A DNA stretch of 64,000 nt, taken from the NCBI RefSeq assembly GCF_006345805.1, contig NC_043001.1, positions 42,036,001-42,100,000 on the forward strand. The letters run 5' to 3'. Shown here piece by piece: positions 55,050 through 64,000 of this stretch; position 1 is the first letter of the stretch, and every line of letters starts with the position of its first letter. The DNA is from Octopus sinensis (taxonomy: Eukaryota). A program made the position numbers and the translations under genes. A model generated the notes under the pieces. It was not told where the DNA came from. It worked only from the letters and a program-made list of their open reading frames with translations, and searched no databases.

Positions 55050-55760
55050 GAGAAGAAACCCCTCAGATAAATGTTTTGGCCCTTTTTAAACTCTAAGGGG
55101 GCTGGGCTGCATCCTGATCATGACTCCTAGGGGCCCTTCTGATGATACTAACCACTTGGATATTGGAGACTTGTGCATTTAAACCACACAGAAGTTTGAT
55201 CTAGCTGGAGCTCTTCTCCATTGCCTCCCTTAGTCTTAAAAAACAACAATTTGCCTTCATATGGTATGGAGGTCATTTGTTCCTCCTTAATCATATCCAG
55301 CTGGAATACCTCTGCTGTCTCCAGTATTGCCTTTAGGGATTTGGTCATGTTCTTTCCAGAGACCAAGAGCTATTTCCTGAGATCATAAGCAGATTTGCCC
55401 AGAAAACCTCTGGCACCAACTTCTATGACAAGAACCTTGACTTAGAAATTGGCTTCCCTCAGGCTGTTGTCCAAATTGGCATATTATTCAGTCTTGAACA
55501 TGTGTGCTGCTTCTATTCTACTTTCAAATGACTGAGTTTAATCAAAATCAGTTGCTTAGATGAACTCGAATGGAATAAGATATCCAACCTCAAGCCACTC
55601 ACTCTTCCTGATAATTTCTGGGTGTTTTGTTGATCTTGGGTCTGCTGAGAACTCCCACTCATCTGCATTACCCAGAAGACTCCACTCCCATGTCCAGTAT
55701 AGCATAACTGTTCCTAGCCAGGACAAGCTGCTTCCTACCATATAGAATGTTGAATATTCT
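55050..55760 (-). mobile_element. RLE-type (R2/HERO/NeSL group) non-LTR retrotransposon 3' fragment
   Basis: Minus strand: LLGNADEWEFSAD...FESRIEAAHMFKTE*YANL...VKVLVIEVGARGFLGKS...LKAILETAE..SWI, matching the restriction-like endonuclease tail. Confidence 0.8.
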
Positions 55761-57809
55761 GATGCTATGTAAAATCTATGCTCAGAACAAACTGACAGCA
55801 AAAGCAGCATCTTATTGGCATTAGGATTGCAGCCAACTGACAGAAAACTCTACATTATGATGTGCATATGTGGAAGCTCTTGGGACTGCATGTTGTCAGT
55901 GACATGTTTGTTTTATAGAAGAATCAAATTCTGCTGAAGTAGTTGTGTTTTTATTTTTACATGACATCAAAGAATACTTGTTTCCCATACCAAAATTCAT
56001 ATGAACTACATAGTGACATAACTCATCTTTTATAGTCAATGTAAAGTGCAAAAATTTCAAATTAAATGCACAGCAAGGTGCAGATAAACTTTACAGTTTA
56101 TCATGCTTTTTTTTTTTTCACATAATAAAAAGAAAACTGACTTACATACAAGTATAGATATAGAAAATATTTGCCATGCAATACCTCACTCAATGTCAAC
56201 CTTGAGGTAAGAAAAATCATTGTACTAACTAAATAAAAAAAGAATTATAATATAATAGAAATTCAAAACTTATGTTCCTATACAAGTTTTGAATTTCAGG
56301 AACCATTTAAGCAATTGTTAATTTTACGAGAATTAGTAGACAAATTTCTTTCAAATGAAACCCTCCTACCAAAAACAATAAGAATAAAATAAACTATAAA
56401 AACAGAAAAGATTCGTTGGAATATGTAATCCTTAGTACACTGTCTAGAAAAAAAGAATGCAATCACATGTGGAGCTTCTTTGATCATTGGTCTGCTCAAT
56501 CTGAGCTAAAACAAATGAAGATCGTAGAATAAATAATGCTAAATCTTCAAACTACCCCTACTTACAATTAAATAATTGCTGTTAAAGCAAAGACTCAATA
56601 CTCAAACTACCATTCAGAATTTGGGATCATAATCCAAAGTGCAAACACAAGTTTCTAGAGCATTCATAAATGTATTTTGTAAAAGAAATAGAGTAACTAT
56701 GACACATGAAAGAACAAACTTCAAAAAAGAAAATTACAGCCGATATAGATAAAGTGCAGTCACCTATCAAATTTGATAATTGCTTATCATGAACAGTTTT
56801 CCTTCAGGTTAATAACTGGACAAGCTTTTCCCAGCTGTTACTCATCTTATATTAGGTCATGTAACTATTCCAGTCTCTTTTATTATCTCTTTATTTTTTT
56901 GCTTGACCCTGCTGCATTTAGCTTAGCTGAACAACTCACATATTCACTTCATTTAACATCCTTCATTTCAATGTTTATATTATTAGCACTGTTGCATCAC
57001 TGAAGAATGTCTGGAGGTACTTGAGGCATATAACATTTATAAATGAGGGGCATCAACTATTTTGCCTAAAATTAAATCTTTCACTCTTAAGCTGGATTTA
57101 TATTTTCAATGTAACCACTTTTTCAGATCACTTGCACTTAGCTGGTTTCCAAAATTTGCTTCATACCGCTTTTGGAAAAAATCTGGCCCAGATGTTATAA
57201 ATCTTCCACTAACAAAAATACATATATCAATCAGATAACTCATTTCTTTACATTATTGTGAATAAAATGCTATGGTTCTCTAAACTTTTAACCACTTTAA
57301 CTTTTGACATCATTTCAGTGTTAACTGACTCAACAAAATGAATAGAGTATTGAAACAACAGACCTTTGTTATTTTAAGTGAATTATCATAACAGAGCATT
57401 TCAGCAGCTCAAGTATCTCAAATTACTAATTATATTTTATGCATTTACTCATGACTAGATTAGCCATAATTTGATACACTACTTTCATTCTAAGGTGTTA
57501 TGGATTAGACACATTTGCTCTTCCTATTTTACATCATATTACCATGGGTTTGACAATCGTTTTGGTCCAAGTCAATTCTTACATGGAATTAGTGCCCTTC
57601 TAGATAGGCTGAGAGTCATGACTTACTCTGACAGGATTTATACAGCTGAATACATTTCTAACAGCAACCACTGAGTTCATTTTATTATGAATCCCCAACA
57701 CAAGAAAGTTTGTCTTATTCTCAACAAGAACAAAGCATCTTTTCTATACTACATTGTATAGGTTCACTAATGACTTTACAAGCACTATGTTTTACTGTGA
57801 CACAAGTAT

Positions 57810-58325
57810 GCACTTGGAATTCGCATCATCAGTTTGGAATCCCTATCTTGCTCAGAACATTGACCTCCTGGAATCTGTCCAGAGACGTGCAACCAAACGC
57901 ATACCCTCCATCAGACACCTACCATATTCTGAGCGCCTTGTTTCCCTGGGCATGGATTCACTGAAGCTCTGGCGTCTAGCGACGGACTTGGTAAACACCC
58001 ACAAGGTTATCAACCACCTCACCAACAACAACACTGAACACCTTTTTGATCTCCATGTGTCTAACACACGTGGACATGCCTACAAAGTCAGAAAACAGCA
58101 CAGCTCCCATGACTTTCGGAAACATTTTTTCACGCTCAGGGTTGCTGAAGCGTGGAATAAACTGCCTGCATCAGTTGTTGACTGCCATGACACTGCATCC
58201 TTTAAGGCCCTCATGCTTCCCGAAATCCGTCGAAACTACACCTGATTATATATACACTTTAGATGAGTTGTAGTGCACCTGAGCACTGTACACAATTATT
58301 ATTATTATTATTATTATTATTTATT
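57810..58325 (+). mobile_element. CR1-group LINE 3' end, young (open ORF tail, (ATT)n tail)
   Basis: HLEFASSVWNPYLAQNIDLLESVQRRATK...YSERL...TRGH...RKHFFTLRVAEAWNKLP (ORF to 58245), then a short 3' UTR hairpin agtgc..gcact and (att)n. Confidence 0.93.
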
Positions 58326-58329
58326 CCAA

Positions 58330-59720
58330 CCTACCATCATTTTAACATTTGTTGTACCATGATTGTCCAAGTGGATCTTCTCCAGCACCAAGTGTTGCTA
58401 CCTGTCATAGTCCTTTGTCATTTCCTTCGAGAGTCAGTTTTTTTGACAAAGATTCAATCACTAAATTCTCAGTACTTCTTTATACAACTAACATCTTCCA
58501 TATGCATCACAATCTTCTCTCTCTTGTATATTACATCTGATTCCTCTAACATCCAGTATTTTCTAAGTTCATTTGTGTTCCATTGTTCTGCACACTAACA
58601 ATACACAACAAGCAGAGCATGCTCACTTCATATATTTCCAGCCCTTGCAAATGCTCCACAGTTAAGACCCATCTCACTAGCATGTAGCATTGCACTTCAT
58701 ATGCAGACATCATACAATCTGCACTTCACTTAGAGAGAAACCTATTATTACTAGCAGATGTAATAACTCCCTGAGCTTTTTCCACCTTGAATTATCTGTA
58801 GCTACTATGCTCTAGAACTATCCACATCTAATTAGATCACAAAGGTAATAAGCGCTCAACTACTAAAGAGCCTTGTAGGAATTTTAAAGTATTTTCTGTA
58901 TACTCTTATTGCTGAGTGCTCATGTGCATCTGCCACATACAGAATTTACTTTCACTGTCAGCCTGCCTGTCATCACACCACACCACTTGCATGTCCCTAG
59001 TTTACCTCATGGAATTTCTATCAAGCACAGTCATTTCTCTGATGATAGCACAATCTTAACTACTTTACTACTAACGAAACTTTTAGCTTTAGCTAAGGTT
59101 ACTTAAGATCTCTCAACTTAAGATCTCAAGTTTTGATGCCATATCTTTAATTTCTTCTCTAAGCAGATTTGACTCTAAGAACTAGGTCATAAGCATATAA
59201 GGAATTCCTGCAGACAAGTAAACTCTTGTGTTATGACTTAGTGGACTAAAATAAACAATACAGCAGAAAACTAAGCCCTGATGTCCCTTACTTGCATGCT
59301 AAATTTTTTGCTGGACTCATTGTTCTCACTTTGACAACTGCACCTGTATACATGACTTCCAATGGGCTTCTCATATAATTTATCTATCTCTTGTCCCCTT
59401 AATCCCTGGACAGCAGAATGTAGAATCCCATCAAAGGCCTTCTTTATGTCAACGGATGATAGGTATAATAACTTTTTCCTTCGGTTGCCTGAGGAGAAAA
59501 TATTAGCTGTAACTCTTTTTGGCATAACCAACTGCATCACGTCTTAGGCTAACTCCAATTCTATAACTTTCAAGCCTGGCTCATCAATTTGATGTTTCTG
59601 CAATCATCTCACTCTAGTGCATCACCTATTGTTCATTTATGTGTAAATTCATTCCTACACATACCTTTAGCACTTTGGTGCTGTCAATACTTTTAGTGTC
59701 TTAGTTCACATGTGCACCAC
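58330..59720 (-). mobile_element. Decayed RTE LINE, inverted relative to the 36.8-kb copy
   Basis: Minus-strand LYLSSVDIKKAFD (ORF 59271-59540), aaccttagctaaagctaaaag and gcagattgtatgatg motifs colinear with 37200-38100. Confidence 0.7.
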
Positions 59721-59819
59721 TTTTCTTGCAAGATGTTACACATTCAACAGAATATAGCTGCTGATTTCACTCCATCATCAACATTCTAGGTCTCACTATC
59801 ATGTTTTTTTTTTATATTA

Positions 59820-60340
59820 GCTTGGGAAAAGAGCTGTACCCAATAGCCTTTACAGACCCTGGGTGCAAGAGGTTAGGGAGGAATGACGGATGGTATTATC
59901 TGCATAAGAGTGGGGATCGTTGAAAATGATAACAAGTAGACCATTGAAGTACAGAGAAACTAGAGAGCAAAACAGAGTTAATAGAATGTGATTAAGAGAG
60001 AGAGAAAGTGCCTTGAATAAAAGCTGCAATGCTGTGATCTGATGAGAAACCACTATTCCAAGAAGCAAAATAGAGATAGAGTCCACAGGAAGCCAGTTTT
60101 GTCAAAACATTTAAATGATTTGCTGAATTTGAAAGCACTCAGAAAAGTAAAATTCCAATTGATCTGGATTTGGAAAAGTTATAAAGATGAGCAGAGAGAG
60201 AGAGATTTAAGGTATTAGAAGGTTGCTTATAGCTGTCTTCATCACCTTTGAGATGCTGGAACTGTTCATACAATGAGATATTAGCTAACAGAGTCAGACG
60301 GGTTGTTCTGAAGAATGGGATATACTGCAGTATGTTTCCA
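59820..60340 (-). mobile_element. Decayed L2/Crack-like LINE RT fragment
   Basis: ORF 59850-60086 contains IFNDPHSYADNTIRHSS, resembling FINDL..HSYADDSTLHSS. Confidence 0.5.
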
Positions 60341-60488
60341 AAGATCAGGATGGTGTGTGCGTGTATGTGTATATATTCAGATGAATTTGGTACTTAAGTT
60401 GAGGCACCAGATTTTGTACAGTATTATTCATACAATTTCAAAGTAAGGTGATTAAAATCAAAATAAGCAACAAGGATATTAAGAGGTA

Positions 60489-60577
60489 ATGCAGTACGAT
60501 CGTTTCATGCAACTCCATTTAATTGACCAACACAATCATTACATCAATTTAAAATGCAGAGCAATCCTCAGCTGCAC
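60489..60577 (-). ncRNA. Minimal type I hammerhead ribozyme, core intact
   Basis: Minus strand: gtgcag-CTGAGGA-[long stem II ttgc..cattttaaattga..tcaattaaatg..gcat]-GAAAC-GATC-GTA-ctgcat. Stem I is tgcag/ctgca, stem III is the palindrome acgatcgt, and the cleavage triplet is GUA. Confidence 0.8.
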
Positions 60578-61168
60578 AAAGACATAGAATAGGTACCTCT
60601 ATTGTGGTAAAAAGATTTTGGTATATACTCAAAAGTATTCATAAATTTCTATCCTTTTGTTATAATATTCTTCTTAATAATCCTCTGAATAACCCTAAAC
60701 TTTAACTGTATACAATATAGCAACATTATTTAAAATATTTAACTATAGTACTACATAAGACTTCCCCTGTTCTATTATCAATGGTCTGCAGGTGGGCAAC
60801 CCCCTTAATTGTCAGCTAACGTCTTGTTTTAAGCTTTCCTTTACCAAACCATATGATATTGCTTCTAATAAATCTTGATTTTTATGACTATACCAACTAT
60901 GATTTCTGTCTGCTCCTTCGGCCCTACCCCTAACAGATACTGTCCTCTGTTCTCTCAGCCTTAGATCTACAAGGATTTGATAAACTAGTCTATAAATTAA
61001 AACTGACCCGATAAAAACAAAAAAATTAGTGACAGGCAGAGTCTGTAACAATGTATATCTTCTTGATAACTGGAGTGGTGACAGCATGTTCTTTGTCTAT
61101 CTCCTTAACTTCTTGGAGATTATAGGTATAATTATTACTGTTCTAATTTAATTAAATTCTATGTCTTT

Positions 61169-61257
61169 GTGCAGCTGAGGATTGCTCTGCATTTTAAATT
61201 GATATAATGATTGCATTGGTCAATTAAATGGTGTTGCATGAAACGATCATACTGCAT
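61169..61257 (+). ncRNA. Second hammerhead copy with a G>A change at the cleavage triplet
   Basis: gtgcag-CTGAGGA-...-GAAAC-GATC-ATA-ctgcat; the stem III C-G pair is lost. Confidence 0.65.
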
Positions 61258-61291
61258 TACCTCTGGATATCCTTGTTGCTAATTTTGATTT

Positions 61292-61333
<42 letters not shown>

Positions 61334-61339
61334 GAAATT

Positions 61340-62250
61340 AAAGAGTTTGGTGAGCTCTGGAATAATTTATTTGAAGGTAACAGTAAAGTCATTGTCAAGA
61401 CCAATGGCTTTGTTGATTTCAAGTGAATGGAAGGGTTTTCATAGTCGGCATGTCTATGTGCATGGTGGAGAGGAACGGGATAGTTTTGGAAGACATTCAT
61501 TAAGTGCATGTTGTATGGTGTTGGATGCAAGGAGCATCATAGTTCTTATAACATGCTTCATAGTCTGCTGAGAGAGGAAATGTTTTGTTACCAAAAGAAT
61601 AACCTCTTAAACTTCTGCCATTCTTCTCTTACTGTAGCTACTCACTGTCACTATGACCACCACCACTGATTAAGCAACAAACTTTTGACTTCATCAAATG
61701 AGTCAACTTTAAGTAGTTCATGAACTTTGCTTCACGAGTCTACAGTTTTGCTTTTCATTAATATTTAGGACATTTGAAAAGTTATTTTTCAATCAGTCAT
61801 GGGTTGATACATACTACTCTTTTCCTATTTATCAACTATGGCCACTCTGCATTGGCTAGGATTCCCTGCTTTGTTTGTCTTTGCTACACTGACCTTTGTA
61901 ATCTACAAAAATCTTCCTTTCCAACATAGTCAAGACTTTGTGATAATCTTTGATCATCCGGTTCCAAATACATTTCAATGGTCAAATCCATGGTAAGCCC
62001 CAATTTAAATTATAAGCCTAGTCTATAAATCACATTTTTAAACCCTTCCACACAATAATGATCTTTCATTATTAACCTATCATTTTTAATCCTTCCTTAT
62101 CCCCTAACTTTTACAGTAGTTAACAATGGTATGGATAATACCTTAATAATATAAATGATTAATTCAATGATTAGGACCAGGATTGTAGAGTCAGAAGCAA
62201 TTATTTAGTAACTGGAACCAAAATCGATACATTTTTCTAACTCTGAGTAA
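61340..62250 (-). mobile_element. Very old RTE-like LINE remnant
   Basis: Weak similarity to the RTE RT 3' region; shares aagttcatgaactact with another relic at ~39900-40150. Confidence 0.35.
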
Positions 62251-63589
62251 ATGCACTGAAAAACTTTCAATTTCAAAGATACATTTTTTGCACAGAAAAC
62301 AAATCAATTTTAAGAGCTTCTAGGAATGAGGATCTGATATAAGCAATTCTGATTTTAATACTATGTTAATAAATTTTGAATTAAGATTTTTGATTTAATC
62401 CCTATTCTATGGATACAATGTTTCTTCAATAAATTTTGTACAATATGAACTCTATTTAATGTAATCTTTGATTTACATTCACTTAAATTTCATATTCAAA
62501 CAATATTTAGAAAAAGTTGCACATCTAGTTTACTTTATTTCTTTTAAAATGGTCATTTAAGGTTATTTTTATCAAAATAATATAAAAGAAACACTAAAAC
62601 TTTGAAGTTTAAGATTTTAGATTTAAACTTGAATCCTTTGTAACAGAATGCACTTTCAATTTTTGAAGTAGTAAATGTGCTCCTGATTTTCTTTGGTAAC
62701 ATTTTAAAAATAACTTTTTTTTTAAAATTTTTGTCATATACTTAATTGGTTATAACTTCTTTAATAAATATGAAAAACTACAACACAGCTTTATCCTTTT
62801 AATCCACACTGTAACAGGTTAGGGCACTAAAACATAAGCTAATGATTTATTTATAGTGACTATGTATTTTGTGTTCTTTCAATATAAGAAATATATGATT
62901 AGTCTAATTACTAATTTGCTATCAAGTTTTACATGTAATTTTGACATTATGCAGTCAACTGAACCAGTTAGAGATGTATTTTATTTGAACACAATAAAAT
63001 CATAATCTACACAATGAGTAGACCTTACAAAGACTAACACAAAAGCCTTTTCCTATTAAAATTCATAAAAACTTACAGTTTAAGACTTCAAATGTATTCC
63101 TGTATCCTATTTTCATTTCTATTTCTTCAATCTGATATCGTAACCTAGTGAGACAACAATAAAAATGTTCACAAAAAGAAAAATCTACTCAGCTTTTTTT
63201 CTACATAATGGGTGGCCTTTGACAGGATGCTGTACTCTTGGTTGATACTGAAAACTCCTAATACAGATGAACTACTTGTCAAAGCAGGACAAATTTATGT
63301 ATAAGGGTGTTTTTATAGGTCGATTCTAACATTCCCATTGCAAATTACTACAAATCTGCACAAAAAAGTTTTAAATCTGAAAGTATGGTCTATAATATAA
63401 AGTACTAAATAACAGAGAGAACAAAACCCGTGCTGTCAGTACAACTCAATACAAAAATGGATACACAAGAATGTAGTAAGGTCTCTGGCAGTCTGACAGA
63501 AAACCAGCACTTTGAATGAGATACAAATAGTTATCTCTTACAGTACCCAAGAATTGAAGTTTATGATTTGCTTGGATGACACATATAAT

Positions 63590-63993
63590 ACATCACCATA
63601 TTATGTCCACATTAACATGCTTATATGGCTGACAGAATTTGTGATACATCTACAGCCAGATGCTCTTCCTCCAGCCAACCTTCATGTTTCCCAGCAAAGT
63701 AATATTTCCCTATAGCTGGACATATTTTCATGGAAGATTGGAAACAAACAATATTACTTGTATGACAGTGATGCTAGTTTACAACCATCACATGATGTCA
63801 AGACAAAGGTACACACAAACACATACATATATATATATATATAGACAACCAGCTTCTTTTAGTTTCCATCTACCAAATCCATTCACAAGGCAAGAGATTA
63901 TAGTAGAAGACACTTGTCCAATGTGCCATGCAGTGGAACTGAATCCAAAACCATAACCCATGAGGTTGGGAAGCAAACTTCTGTACACAGTCA
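63590..63993 (-). mobile_element. Family B fragment followed by the 5' half of a family A SINE
   Basis: tctacagccagatgctcttcct..gccaacc; agtttccatctaccaaatccattcacaagg..gaagacacttgtcca..tgccatgcagtggaactgaa..ggttgggaagcaa. Confidence 0.8.
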
Positions 63994-64000
63994 CATTTGT

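Larger units (their letters stand above)
60453..61293. mobile_element. Penelope-type element with 138-bp inverted hammerhead-bearing repeats
   Basis: 60453-60590 and 61156-61293 are inverted copies around a ~565-bp core with no recognisable ORF. Confidence 0.75.
1..64000 (-). other. Probable long intron(s) of an unidentified minus-strand host gene
   Basis: The plus strand is A-rich (minus strand T-rich) outside repeats. The best polypyrimidine/AG and GTAAGT signals are on the minus strand (e.g. 33129-33174, 63071-63147). No host coding exon could be identified. Confidence 0.45.

Noticed and set aside
57754-58245. Longest ORF (163 aa) as a cellular gene
   Set aside because: It is the C-terminus of a CR1 LINE ORF2 with the LINE tail attached; the N-terminal residues come from flanking DNA.
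63118-63144. (G)YDIRL, resembling the GABA-A receptor N-terminal motif
   Set aside because: It is followed immediately by KK and a stop instead of RP.
1-64000. CRISPR arrays, operons, rRNA genes, or genes from the 60-130 aa ORF track
   Set aside because: No regularly spaced repeat-spacer array or rRNA sequence was seen. The short ORFs are transposon-derived, microsatellite-derived or compositionally random.

Overview
AT-rich eukaryotic non-coding DNA, not prokaryotic. The SINE families, RTE/Penelope/mariner relics and (TA)n/(CA)n/(GAT)n tracts resemble octopus (coleoid cephalopod) repeats; this is recognised from memory, not from a search. No intact protein-coding gene is visible. Every ORF I can assign is a decayed transposon: two mariners, piggyBac, RTE, CR1, L2-like and RLE-type LINEs, Ty3/Gypsy gag and pol pieces, and Penelope GIY-YIG. 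There are also non-autonomous Helitron, Helentron and foldback elements. The plus strand is A-rich and the strongest splice signals lie on the minus strand, suggesting one or more very long introns of an unidentified minus-strand gene. Best leads: (1) a textbook recursive-splicing (ratchet point) architecture at ~33.1 kb; (2) Penelope-associated minimal hammerhead ribozymes, one with an intact core on the minus strand at ~60.5 kb; (3) a Penelope fragment carrying a tRNA-derived Pol III head upstream of its hammerhead at ~6.4 kb. Coordinates were counted by eye, and boundaries of old repeats are approximate.
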